From: an uncultured Alphaproteobacteria bacterium
GTDB taxonomy: Bacteria > Pseudomonadota > Alphaproteobacteria > Rhizobiales > Xanthobacteraceae
Direction of reading: 5' to 3'
Assembly (NCBI GenBank): GCA_963770985.1
Contig: CAVYRR010000009.1
Coordinates: forward strand, 87,433 to 151,432
DNA length: 64,000 nt
Position numbers and translations under genes: made by a program
Notes under the pieces: model-generated
Told to the model about the DNA's origin: nothing
Database searches by the model: none
Seen by the model: the letters and a program-made list of their open reading frames with translations, nothing else
Shown: one piece after another, positions 20,519 through 30,662 of the stretch
Position numbering within the stretch: the stretch's first letter is position 1
Layout: each line of letters opens with the position of its first letter

Positions 20519-20531
20519 TCAGGCCGGCGCC

Positions 20532-21111
20532 TCATTGCGCTTTGCGTGCCGCAGTGGCCAGCATGACCAGCCGCCGCCGGCCGATCCGGCGCAGCATCGC
20601 GGCCTCCGCATCGGCGCCGCCGGGATGGCCGCCGATGCGGTCGTAGTGCCGCCGCGCGATCAGCAGGCCCTGCTCGGGCCGCGCGCCGCCGCCGAGCGTG
20701 ACACGCAGCAGCGCGATCAGTTCGGCCAGGCCCGGCCGCAGCAGGTCGGCGACGCCGGGCGGGCGGAATACCGCGGCCCTGCCTGCGTCGTCGAGCCGGT
20801 CGGTCGCCTCGATGAAGCGCTCAGTGGCTTCGACCCAGCCCGGTTCCGGCACGCAGCCGGCGCGCAGGAACATCAGCCAGGGCGCGCGCGTGCTCGCGGC
20901 GGCGGCCTGCAGCCGCGCGCCCAGCGGCTCGCCCGAGGCGATGAAGCGGCAGCCGGCGATATCAGCCACCTCGGCGGTGGCGTCGTTCGAGCCGGCATCG
21001 GCCACGATCACTTCGCCGAGCAAGCCGGCAGTGGCGCCCGGCACCAGCGCGGCCAGCGTCGGCACCAGCGCGCGTTCCGATTCGTGGGTGGCGATGATCG
21101 ACGCTCAGCAT
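20532..21111 (-). CDS. glycosyltransferase family 2-like protein (apparent frameshift after codon 4)
   Basis: MLSV/IIATHESERALVPTL, EVIVADAGSND, WLMFL. Confidence 0.8.
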
Positions 21112-21218
21112 GGAACCCCGGTCTTGTGGACTCGCGTTTGCACCATATCATGTGGGATTTGCCGAACGCGCCACGAGATCGGGCCCTCAACTGCTCAAAT
21201 TGTGGGCCATTTTAAAAT

Positions 21219-21233
21219 GTTCTTGTTATGTTC
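21219..21233 (+). promoter_or_regulatory. alphaproteobacterial LexA (SOS) box
   Basis: GTTC-ttgttat-GTTC, exact GTTC-N7-GTTC, about 25 bp before the radical SAM start. Confidence 0.85.
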
Positions 21234-21257
21234 ACATTGGGCCATTAGGTTACCGCC

Positions 21258-22430
21258 ATGGCTCGATCAACCGCAGCCCTGAGACGCCCGCCGGTAAAGG
21301 AGCTGCCCTCCGCGCCGGCGGGCGAATTTGTCGACGACGCGACCAAACTGCTCGGCGTCGTGGTCGACCACGAGCGTCGACGCGGCCGTGGCGCGCAGAG
21401 CAACGCTTCCGGCCGCTACGAGCCGTTGGCGCGCATTGCCTTCGACGACGGCTGGCGCTCGCTTGACGAATTGCCGCCGTTCAAGACCACGGTGGCGACC
21501 GACGCCACCCGCAAGATCATCACCCGCAACGACTCGCCCGACATCGGGTTCGACCGTTCAATCAATCCCTATCGCGGCTGCGAGCACGGCTGCGTTTACT
21601 GCTACGCGCGCCCGACCCATGCCTATCTCGGCCTGTCACCCGGGCTCGATTTCGAATCGAAATTGTTCGTGAAGCCGGAAGCGGCCGAACTGCTGGAGCG
21701 CGAACTCTCCGCACCCGGCTACTCGCCGAAGGTAATCGCGATCGGCACCAATACCGATCCCTATCAGCCGATCGAACGCCGCTACCAGGTCATGCGCCGC
21801 ATCCTCGAAGTGCTCGAGCGCGTCGGCCATCCAGTCGGCATCGTCACCAAGTCGGCGCTGGTCTTGCGTGACCTCGACATTCTCGCCCGCATGGCCGAGC
21901 GCAAATTGGCCAAGGTCGCGCTCTCGGTCACCACGCTCGATCCCGAATTGGCGCGCAAGATGGAGCCGCGCGCGGCGACACCGATGCGGCGGCTGGAGAC
22001 GCTGCGGCGGCTCGCGCAAGTCGGCGTGCCCACGACCGTGATGGTGGCGCCGGTAATCCCGGCGCTCAACGACATGGAGATCGAGCGGATCCTGGATGCG
22101 GCGGTGACCGCGGGTGTCAAGGAAGCAGGCTATGTGCTGCTGCGTCTGCCACTCGAAGTGCGCGACCTGTTCCGCGAATGGCTGATGGCGAATTATCCCG
22201 ACCGCTATCGCCACGTGTTCAAGCTGATCCGCGAAACGCGCGGCGGTAAGGACTACGACTCGACTTGGGGGCGGCGCATGAAGGGCACCGGACCCTATGC
22301 CTGGATGATCGGGCGGCGCTTCGAGATGGCCTGCGAGAAGCTCGGGCTCAACACCACGAAGTCGTCACTGTCGATCGCGCATTTCCGTGCGCCGAAGGCG
22401 GGCAGCGAGCAGCTGAGCCTGTTTGAATGC
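21258..22430 (+). CDS. PA0069-family (SplB-like) radical SAM protein; stop codon missing, reads into the next gene
   Basis: SINPYRGCEHGCVYCYARP (CX3CX2C), GTNTDPYQP, C-terminal QLSLF; called ORF runs to 22790. Confidence 0.9.
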
Positions 22431-23012
22431 ATGAGCGAGCCGCAGGGCATTCTATCGCTGGTGACGCTAGGCGTTGCCGACTTGAAGCGCGCAGTCGAAT
22501 TCGACGAGGCGCTCGGCTTCCGCCGCAAAGCCAACGCCGCCGACGGCGTCGGCTTCTTCCAGGCCGGCGCATGCGCCTTTGCGGTGTGGCCGTCCGAAGA
22601 GCTTGCCAAGGATGCGAATGCCACGACGGCCACGCCGGCGCGGGCATTGCCGGTCTGCGGCCGAATTCGAGACGTTCGACCACGCAACTGCCGGTCGATG
22701 TCGGATGAGGACGTCATCGTCGATCGTGCCGAATCTGTCGGTGGCGTGAGGCAAAAACGAAGAGGAGACGCCGCAAAGGAACACGCATGACATCGATAGC
22801 GTTTCTCAGGCACTCCACATTTTGTCCGAGTTGCGGTGAGCAGTCGGTCGCTCCGAGCAATCGGAATACTGCAAATGGGCGACGTGCATCATTTTTGGCG
22901 GTGGCTATGCCGGCTATGTTCTCCGATCTCGAAACGGCCACCTGTGGGTAGGTGGCCTACAATCCGCACTTCCCGCTCAGCCGACGATGGCCGTCTGAAG
23001 CTGCCCGATTGA
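22431..23012 (+). pseudogene. VOC/glyoxalase family gene, disrupted or garbled
   Basis: N-terminus SLVTLGVADLKRA..F.EALG; C-terminal fragments GGYAGY, GHLW, VAYNPHFPL in several frames with extra sequence between. Confidence 0.75.
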
Positions 23013-23090
23013 GCGCCATTATCCCACGCCGTGCACAGCCCCGCTGTTCGCGGTTGACTTGGACTGCGCGCCGCGCACTGTGCGCGGGCA

Positions 23091-23810
23091 ATGGCCCCCA
23101 AGCCCAAAAGAGCGCCTGCGCGCCTACCGCTGAATGAGCCGGTCCTGCGCCCGAGCTTCCGGCGCGAGCGGCGCGCGCTCGCCAAGGGCATCTTTCCGGT
23201 CGCCGGCTGCGACGAGGCGGGTAGGGGGCCGCTCGCCGGCCCGGTGGTAGCGGCGGCGGTCATCCTCGATCCCAAGCGCATCCCACGCGGGCTGAATGAT
23301 TCCAAGAAGCTTGCCGCGCCCGAGCGCCAGAAGCTGTACGAAAAGATTTGCGCCAGCGCGCAAGTGGCGGTGGCATTCGGCACGGTCGAGCGCATCGACC
23401 GCGACAACATATTGCGCGCCTCGCTGTGGGCGCTGGCGCGCGCGGTGAGGGCGCTGCCGGTCGCGCCGAAGCTCGTCTTCGTCGATGGCAACCAGAAGAT
23501 CGATGTCGAATGCGTCTGCCAGACGGTCGTGTCCGGCGACGCGCTGGTGTTGTCGGTGGCGGCCGCCTCGATCGTCGCCAAAGTCACCCGCGACCGGCTG
23601 ATGGTGCGCCTCGGCCTTGAGCATCCGGGCTACGGCTTCGAGCGCCATATGGGCTATTCGGTCCCCGAGCATTTCGAAGCGCTCGCGCGCCTGGGGCCGA
23701 CCATCCATCACCGCAAGTCCTTTGCGCCGGTGGCGGCCAGACTCGCGGCTCTAGGCGGGGATTTGGGCGGCGCCTCCGACGAGGCCATCGTCGAGTTGTT
23801 GCCTCTTTAG
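23091..23810 (+). CDS. rnhB: ribonuclease HII
   Basis: [43 protein letters not shown]. Confidence 0.97.
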   Translation: MAPKPKRAPARLPLNEPVLRPSFRRERRALAKGIFPVAGCDEAGRGPLAGPVVAAAVILDPKRIPRGLNDSKKLAAPERQKLYEKICASAQVAVAFGTVERIDRDNILRASLWALARAVRALPVAPKLVFVDGNQKIDVECVCQTVVSGDALVLSVAAASIVAKVTRDRLMVRLGLEHPGYGFERHMGYSVPEHFEALARLGPTIHHRKSFAPVAARLAALGGDLGGASDEAIVELLPL

Positions 23811-23840
23811 CCCGGCTTCTCTATCTCTGGCCCACTCTTC

Positions 23841-23952
23841 TCCCTCCCCGCTTGCGGGGAGGGTGGCGAGCGATAGCGAGCCGGGTGGGGATAGTTCAAC
23901 CCACCCCGATCCTCGCTACGCTCGGATCGACCCTCCCTTTGCAGGGGAGGGA
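23841..23952. repeat. REP-like composite palindrome (CCCTCCCC..GCGGGGAGGG family)
   Basis: CCCTCCCCGCTTGCGGGGAGGG ... CCCTCCCTTTGCAGGGGAGGG flanking an internal inverted repeat. Confidence 0.8.
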
Positions 23953-23971
23953 TTAAAAAAATTGCGGGCCA

Positions 23972-25475
23972 ATGCATTACGTCTCCCTGATCATTGAATT
24001 TCTGCGCGGACGCCCTGACGGTGGTGTTCTGGACCGTGGCGCTCACGCAAGCCGCACTTTGGACGCTGATGCCCGCGCTGTTCTACAGCGCACCGCCTGG
24101 CGAGGTGCCGCTGCTGCTCGCGATCGGCCACGAATTCGTGCTCGGCAGCTATCTCGGGCCGCCGCTTTCGTTCTGGCTCGGCGAGTTCGCGTATCGCCTG
24201 GGCGGCGCGTTCGGGCTCTATGCGCTGGCGCAAGTCTGCATCGTCGTCACCTACTGGGCGGTGTTCGCGCTCGGCCGTCGCATCGTCGGCACGCGCCATG
24301 CGGTGCTCGCTGTGCTGCTGATGGTCGGCATCGCGGCCCTCACGGTGCCGAGCCCGGATTTCGGCCCGGCCGTGCTGGCGGCACCGCTGTGGGGACTGGC
24401 GCTGCTGCACTACTGGCGCGCGGTCGGCGAAGGCGAACGCGGCTACTGGTTCCTGCTCGCACTCGATCTCGGCCTTTTGCTGCTGGCCAGTTATGTCGGG
24501 CTGATCCTGATCGCGCTGGTAGTCGTGTTCACGCTTGTGAGCCCGCGCGGTCGTGAAGCGTTATTCAAACCCGAACCATGGATCGCGCTGCTGCCGTTCG
24601 TCATCGTCATCTTTCCGCATCTGGCGTGGCTGAAGGGCGCACGCGATCTCGTCGTCTCCGGTCTCAGCGATCGTGCCGTCGCCACCGGCACGCTGTCGCC
24701 CGGCATCTGGCTCTGCATCGCGCTGGTGCTGACACATCTCGGGCTCGGCTTGCTGGTCGCGTTCGCCAGCGGCTGGCCGCGCCGGCCGCGCGAGCGCGCA
24801 CCCTTGATCGACCGCAATCCGGTCGAGCCGCTCGCGCGCCTGTTCGTTTATTTCTTTGCGCTGATGCCGGCGGCCGCCGCGATCGTGGTCACCTTCGCCA
24901 GCGGCCGGCTCGGCCCGCTCGACCGCGTCGCCCCGCTTGTGGTTCTGTCCGGCCTTGCGGTGGTGGTCGCCGCCGGCGATCAAGTGCTGCTCTATCGCGA
25001 GCGCATGGTGTCCTACACATGGCTCGGTCTGCTGGTGGCGCCGCCGGTGCTCATTATCCTCGGCATCGCGCTGCTGCCCTGGATGGCGACGGTCGACTTG
25101 CAGGTGTCGCAACCGGCCAGTACCGAAGGACGCTTCTTCGCCGACAGCTTCCAGCGCCGCACTGGCCAGCCGCTCCGCTATGTCACCGGCGACGCGCAGA
25201 TCGCGCCGCTGGTCGCGCTGGCCAGTCCAAGCCGGCCGCATGTCTTTTTTGAATGGGCGCCCGAGCGCAGCCCGTGGGCGAGCCCCACCGATTTCCAAAG
25301 AGCTGGCGGCATCCTGGTCTGGCCCGCCCGCGACAATACCGGCGCGCCGCCGGCGGCGCTGAAGGCGCAATTCCCCGCCATGGTGCCGGAAGTGCAGCGT
25401 TCATTTGCGCGCTCGATTCAGGGAATACTGCCGCTGATCCGCGTCGGCTGGGCCACGGTGCGCCCGGCTCAATGA
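23972..25475 (+). CDS. GT39/ArnT-like membrane glycosyltransferase (apparent frameshift near 24017)
   Basis: Multi-TM; GHEFVLGSYLGPPL, PHLAWL; start MHYVSLIIEFLRGRP is in another frame. Confidence 0.8.
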
Positions 25476-26470
25476 TATGATTCGCCTTCGCTCACCTTGC
25501 CGCGAAACAGCCAGTAGATCATCACGACGTAGCCGATCACGAACGGCAACAGCAGCAGCGTGCCGAACAGCATGAAGATCTGGCTCGCTGGCGCAGCGGC
25601 AGTATCCCAGACGGTGAGCGAGGGCGGAACCAGATAAGGGAAGTTTGAAATCACCAGCCCGAGATAGCCCAGCATGAAGAGCGCGATCGCCGCCAAAAAC
25701 GGCGGCACCTCGCGCCCGCGCTCGAGCCAGCGCCAGCACAGGAATGCGGTGAGCGCGGTCACCAGCGGCACCGGCCATAAGAAGTAGAAATTCGGCAGCG
25801 AGAACCAGCGCGCCGCGATGCGCGGCTCGGCGAGCGGCGTCCACAGGCTCACTACCGCCATGAAACCGAGTACTGCCAGCAACAGTCCTTTCGCCTGGGC
25901 GCGCGAGCGCATGGCGACCGGCCCTTCCGTCTTCATCGTGAGCCAGGTGGCGCCGAGCAGGGCGTAACCGGTAACCAGCGCCAGCCCGCACAGCAGCGCG
26001 AACGGCGTCGCCCAATTCAACGGTCCGCCCGCGTAGGCGCCGTCGCGCACCGGGACGCCTTCGATCAGTCCGCCCAGGATCACGCCTTGCGCGAAACCGG
26101 CGAGCGTCGAGCCGCCGGTGAACACCACGCTCCACCAGATCTTGCTGTGCGAGACGGTGCGGAATTCGAACGCGATGCCGCGGAACACTAGCGCCAGCAG
26201 CATGACGATCACCGGCAGATAGAACGCCGGCATCACAACTGCGTATGCACGCGGGAACGCCACGAACAATCCGGCGCCGCCGAGCACCAGCCAGGTCTCG
26301 TTGCCGTCCCAGAACGGCGCCACCGAGCGCATCATCTGATCGCGCTCGCCCTCGCTGCGGGCGAATGGGAACAGCACGCCGATGCCGAGATCGAAGCCGT
26401 CGAGGATCACATACATGGCGACGGCAATGCCGATGACGGCGGCCCAGATCACAGGGAGATACCATTCCAT
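25469..26470 (-). CDS. cydB: cytochrome bd ubiquinol oxidase subunit II
   Basis: YVILDGFDLGIG, PFWDGNETWLV, FRGIAFEFR. Confidence 0.96.
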   Translation of the reverse strand: MEWYLPVIWAAVIGIAVAMYVILDGFDLGIGVLFPFARSEGERDQMMRSVAPFWDGNETWLVLGGAGLFVAFPRAYAVVMPAFYLPVIVMLLALVFRGIAFEFRTVSHSKIWWSVVFTGGSTLAGFAQGVILGGLIEGVPVRDGAYAGGPLNWATPFALLCGLALVTGYALLGATWLTMKTEGPVAMRSRAQAKGLLLAVLGFMAVVSLWTPLAEPRIAARWFSLPNFYFLWPVPLVTALTAFLCWRWLERGREVPPFLAAIALFMLGYLGLVISNFPYLVPPSLTVWDTAAAPASQIFMLFGTLLLLPFVIGYVVMIYWLFRGKVSEGESYH

Positions 26471-26479
26471 GATGCGGTC

Positions 26480-27841
26480 CTAGTGTGCGGCCGAAATCGG
26501 GCGGCGTGAAAATTGTCCGGCCTCTTCGGCGACCTGACTCGGGCCCTGCGCGATCAGCCGGTTGATGTAGTAAATGCCGAACCAGAACACGATGCAGTAG
26601 GCGACGACGAACAGCGCCAATGTGCCGGCGATACTCGCGGCCGGCACCGGCGAGGTGGCGTCGGCCGTACGCATAACGCCGTGCACGATCCAGGGCTGGC
26701 GTCCGCTCTCGGTCACCACCCAGCCCGCGATCACCGCGACGAAACCGATCCACCAGCACTGCGCCATGGCGCGCAGGTACCAACTCGTTTCGAACAGCGT
26801 GCCGCGCCACCACAACAACACGCCGAGCAGTGATGCCGCGATCATGAAGAAGCCTACGGCCAACATGATGCGGAAGCCGAAGAACACGATCTTGACCGGC
26901 GGCCGCTCTGATGCCGGGACGCTGTTTAAGCCGGGGAACAGGCCGTTCAGGTGGTGGGTGAGGATCAGCGAAGCGCCGTTCGGGATCGAAATCTCGAAAC
27001 GATTGGCGCCAGTTTTTTCATCCGGCCAGGCGAAGATATGGAAATCGCCCGGCTTGCTGCCGTCCCAATGGGCCTCCATCGCCGCGATCTTGATAGGCTG
27101 ATGCTCGAGCGTGTTGAGGCCGTGCTGGTCGCCGATCAGCAATTGCAGCGGCGCCAGCACCGCAGTCAGGCCGACTGCCATGCGCAGCATAATATGCCCT
27201 TCCTCAATATGGCGGCCGGCGATCAGATAGCGCGCGCCGACCGCCAGCACCACGAAGCCAGTGGTGAGGTAGGCGGCGTTGAGCATGTGCGCGAAGCGAT
27301 AGGGAAAGCTCGGATTGAAGATGACCGCGAGCCAGTCGGTCGGAAATGCGATGCCGTTCTTGAGCTCGTAGCCGGCCGGCGTCTGCATCCAGCTATTAGC
27401 CGACAGGATCCAGAACGCCGAGATCGCGGTCCCGGTCGCCACCACCACCGCCGACAGCACGTAGAGCCAGGGTGGCACGCGGTTGAAGCCGAACAGCAGC
27501 ACGCCGAGGAAAGTCGCCTCCAGGAAGAACGCCGCCAGCACTTCGTAGCCAAGCAACGGCCCCAGCACGTTGCCGGTGACCACCGAAAAGCGACTCCAAT
27601 TGGTGCCGAACTGGTAGGACAGCACGATGCCCGACACCACGCCCATCGCAAAAGAGACCGCGAAAATCTTGGTCCAAAATCGCATCAGCCGCTGGTAGCG
27701 CTCGTCGCCGGTGCGCAGCCAGATCGCGCCGAGCGTGGCAATGTAGGCCGACAGGCCGATGGTGAAGCTCGGGAAAATGATGTGAAAAATGATGGTGAAG
27801 GCGAACTGCAAACGGGCCAGCAGGACAGGATCAAAGTCCAT
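26480..27841 (-). CDS. cydA: cytochrome bd ubiquinol oxidase subunit I (short Q-loop, CioA-like)
   Basis: RLQFAFT..FHIIFP, FFLEATF, NSWMQTP, QPIKIAAME, GWVVTESGRQPW. Confidence 0.96.
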   Translation of the reverse strand: MDFDPVLLARLQFAFTIIFHIIFPSFTIGLSAYIATLGAIWLRTGDERYQRLMRFWTKIFAVSFAMGVVSGIVLSYQFGTNWSRFSVVTGNVLGPLLGYEVLAAFFLEATFLGVLLFGFNRVPPWLYVLSAVVVATGTAISAFWILSANSWMQTPAGYELKNGIAFPTDWLAVIFNPSFPYRFAHMLNAAYLTTGFVVLAVGARYLIAGRHIEEGHIMLRMAVGLTAVLAPLQLLIGDQHGLNTLEHQPIKIAAMEAHWDGSKPGDFHIFAWPDEKTGANRFEISIPNGASLILTHHLNGLFPGLNSVPASERPPVKIVFFGFRIMLAVGFFMIAASLLGVLLWWRGTLFETSWYLRAMAQCWWIGFVAVIAGWVVTESGRQPWIVHGVMRTADATSPVPAASIAGTLALFVVAYCIVFWFGIYYINRLIAQGPSQVAEEAGQFSRRPISAAH

Positions 27842-28036
27842 CGCTACCTCCGACCAGGCGCCCCACCGCGCAATTTAGTCTCACCTTAAAGTCTTTGCGA
27901 GCCGATCGCGTTCCCGCCCCCGCGCCAAAACGAAGCAGGCCGCGGAAGGGCGTATCCACAGCATCCACAATGGGCCCTGCAGAAAGCGGGCGCCCGCGCT
28001 AGGCTTGCCGCTTGAGGCAGCCGGCGGAGGGGCCCC

Positions 28037-29389
28037 ATGGCCAAAAAGGCAAAGCACGCGGAAGCGAAAGCGGCGGCGAGCGCGACGCCGGTCGCGGGGA
28101 TGCTTGAGGAGTTTTTCGGGCTCAAGGAGCAGGGCACCGACATCCGCACCGAATTCATCGCCGGCCTGACCACGTTCCTGACCATGGTCTACATCGTGTT
28201 CGTCAACCCGGCGATCCTGAGCAAGACCGGCATGGATGCCGGCTCGGTGTTCGTCGCGACCTGCGTCGCCGCCGCGGTGAGCACCATGGTGATGGCGCTC
28301 TACGCCAATTACCCGATCGCACTGGCGCCCGGCATGGGCATCAACGCCTTCTTCGCCTTCACCGTGGTGCTGACCTACAAATATACCTGGCAGCAGGCGC
28401 TCGCCGCGGTGTTCTGCTCGGGCGTGCTGTTCTTTCTGATCTCGGTGTTCAAAATTCGGCAGTACGTGATCGAGTCGATCCCGCAGAATCTCAAACTGGC
28501 TGTCTCGGCCGGGGTCGGTCTGTTCCTCGGCATCATCGCGCTGGAGGAAGCCAAGGTCGTTGTCGCTCATCCGGCGACGCTGGTGACCATGGGCGACCTG
28601 AAGAACCCGGTGGCGCTGTTGGCATTGCTCGGCTTCGTGCTGATCGTCGCGCTCAACTATCGCCGCGTGATCGGCGGCACGCTGATCGGCATATTGGCGG
28701 TCACCGTGATCGGCATCCCGCTCGGGCTTGCGCACTATTCCGGCATCGTGTCGCTGCCGCCCTCGATCAAGCCGACACTACTGCAGCTCGACTTCTCGCG
28801 CGTATTCGAGGGCACGTTTTTGATCGTGGTGTTCTCGATTTTGTTCATCGACGTGTTCGACAATGCCGGCACGCTGATCGGTGTCACCCACCGCACCGGG
28901 CTGATGAAGAACGGCAAGCTCGCGCGCATGAAGGAGGCGTTGATCTCCGACAGCTTCGCCGCCATGTTCGGCGCGGCGATCGGCACCTCCACCACCACCA
29001 GCTACATCGAGAGCGCGGCTGGCGTCTCGGCCGGCGGCCGCACCGGCCTGACCGCGGCCTTCGTGTCGATCTTCTTTCTGCTGGCGCTGTTGTTCGCCCC
29101 GCTCGCCGGCATGATCCCGGCCTATGCCACCGCGGCGGCGCTGCTCTATGTCGCCTGCGTGATGGCGCGCGGCTTGGCGAAGATCGACTGGGACGACATC
29201 ACCGAATATGCGCCGGCGGTGGTGACGGCGATCACCATGCCGCTGACCTATTCGATCGCCACCGGCATTGGGCTGGGCTTCATCACCTACGCGCTGGCCA
29301 AGCTGATCTCCGGCAAGGTGGCGGAGGCCTCGCCGGCGGTGCTAGTGCTGGCGGTGTTGTTCGCGATCAAGTTTGCGGTGTCGGGTTAA
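28037..29389 (+). CDS. NCS2/AzgA family purine permease
   Basis: EFIAGLTTFLTMVYI, APGMGINAFF, YIESAAGVSAGGRTGL. Confidence 0.93.
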   Translation: MAKKAKHAEAKAAASATPVAGMLEEFFGLKEQGTDIRTEFIAGLTTFLTMVYIVFVNPAILSKTGMDAGSVFVATCVAAAVSTMVMALYANYPIALAPGMGINAFFAFTVVLTYKYTWQQALAAVFCSGVLFFLISVFKIRQYVIESIPQNLKLAVSAGVGLFLGIIALEEAKVVVAHPATLVTMGDLKNPVALLALLGFVLIVALNYRRVIGGTLIGILAVTVIGIPLGLAHYSGIVSLPPSIKPTLLQLDFSRVFEGTFLIVVFSILFIDVFDNAGTLIGVTHRTGLMKNGKLARMKEALISDSFAAMFGAAIGTSTTTSYIESAAGVSAGGRTGLTAAFVSIFFLLALLFAPLAGMIPAYATAAALLYVACVMARGLAKIDWDDITEYAPAVVTAITMPLTYSIATGIGLGFITYALAKLISGKVAEASPAVLVLAVLFAIKFAVSG

Positions 29390-29409
29390 GCCCGAAAAAC
29401 GGAGGTCCC

Positions 29410-29775
29410 ATGCCCGTCCTGTTCGGTTTCCAGCAACTCGTAGCGCTGCCGGAAGAGCGTATCACCGACAAGATCAGCCGGAAGGTACTATCGGGTAAAC
29501 AAAGCATGATGGTGTGGTGGAAAATCAAGGCCGGCGCGCATGCGGCGGCCCACAAGCATCCGCATGAGCAGATTGTGTGGATGCTGAAGGGCAAGATGGA
29601 TTTCCGCATCGGCGACGAACGCCGCAGCATGGGCGCCGGCGACGTGGCGGTGATCCCCTCCGGCGTCGAGCACGAGGGTTTCTTCCCGGAGGACACCGAG
29701 GTGGTCGATATGTTTGCGCCGCCGCGCGAAGATTTTCTCGCCGGCGGCGCGCCCGACTACATGAAAAAAGCTTGA
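29410..29775 (+). CDS. cupin domain protein
   Basis: HKHPHEQ, GDVAVIPSGVEH, FAPPRED; RBS GGAGG. Confidence 0.9.
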   Translation: MPVLFGFQQLVALPEERITDKISRKVLSGKQSMMVWWKIKAGAHAAAHKHPHEQIVWMLKGKMDFRIGDERRSMGAGDVAVIPSGVEHEGFFPEDTEVVDMFAPPREDFLAGGAPDYMKKA

Positions 29776-30585
29776 TCAGCCGGCGAGCGCCTTCTTGATC
29801 GCCAGGAAATCGCGCCAGGCGAAACGCTTCTGCAACGGGCTGCGCAGCAGGAAGGCGGGATGGAACGTCGGCATGGCGCGGATCTCGCGTTTGCCGGTGT
29901 CGAAGGCAAACCAGCGCCCGCGCGTCTTGGTGATGCCTTCCTTAAGGCCGAGCAGCGTCTGCGCCGACGGATTGCCCATGCAAACCAATATGTCGGGATC
30001 GACGAGCTCGATCTGGCGCAAAATGAACGGCAAGCAGATTGCCGACTCCTGCGGCGTCGGCGTGCGGTTGCCGGGCGGCCGCCAGGGCACGATGTTGGCG
30101 ATATAGACCGAAGTGCGGTCGAGGCCGATGGCCGCCAGCATACGGTCGAGCAGCTTGCCGGAGCGGCCGACGAAGGGCAGGCCCTCGATGTCTTCGTCGC
30201 GGCCGGGCGCTTCGCCCACGAACATCACGCGCGCCTGCGGGTTGCCGTCGGCGAACACCAGTTGCGTGGCAGTTGCCTTGAGCGCGCAGCCGTCGAATTT
30301 ATCGAGGATGGCGCGCAGCTCATCGAGCGTCTTGGCGTTTTTCGCGGCCGCGCGCGCCGCCATGGCGGCCTCGTCGGGCGCGGGCGGGGCGACAAGCGGA
30401 CTGGCGCGGCCTTTGATTTCTAGGTCGCTCGGCAACGCAACCGGCTGCGGTGCACGGGCCGGCGGCGCGGACGGCTCGGCCGCCGCGAAGCGGTCCACCG
30501 GCTGCTCGCCGACCAAGGCGTCGGCGCCGGCTTCCAGATAGAAGTCGAGCAGGTCGCGCGCCGGTTTGTCGCGGTCGGGGGTCAT
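29776..30585 (-). CDS. uracil-DNA glycosylase family 4
   Basis: FVGEAPGRDED, PFVGRSGKLLD, WRPPGNR, FHPAFLLR. Confidence 0.95.
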   Translation of the reverse strand: MTPDRDKPARDLLDFYLEAGADALVGEQPVDRFAAAEPSAPPARAPQPVALPSDLEIKGRASPLVAPPAPDEAAMAARAAAKNAKTLDELRAILDKFDGCALKATATQLVFADGNPQARVMFVGEAPGRDEDIEGLPFVGRSGKLLDRMLAAIGLDRTSVYIANIVPWRPPGNRTPTPQESAICLPFILRQIELVDPDILVCMGNPSAQTLLGLKEGITKTRGRWFAFDTGKREIRAMPTFHPAFLLRSPLQKRFAWRDFLAIKKALAG

Positions 30586-30662
30586 GACCCGGACTTTAGC
30601 ATGGCAGGCGCGCGATTGCCCCCGCTGTGCAAAAGTGGAATATCGGGGGCGAGGAGACTGCC

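Noticed and set aside
21258-22790. Novel radical SAM-glyoxalase fusion protein
   Set aside because: The junction follows the natural QLSLF terminus and the VOC half is garbled, so a lost stop codon is more likely
25469-27841. Missing cydX as an anomaly
   Set aside because: Short-Q-loop (CioAB-type) bd oxidases commonly lack an adjacent cydX
27952-27969. Tandem DnaA-box-like sequences (GTATCCACA, GCATCCACA) as a replication origin
   Set aside because: Only two imperfect boxes, no AT-rich unwinding element and no origin-associated genes
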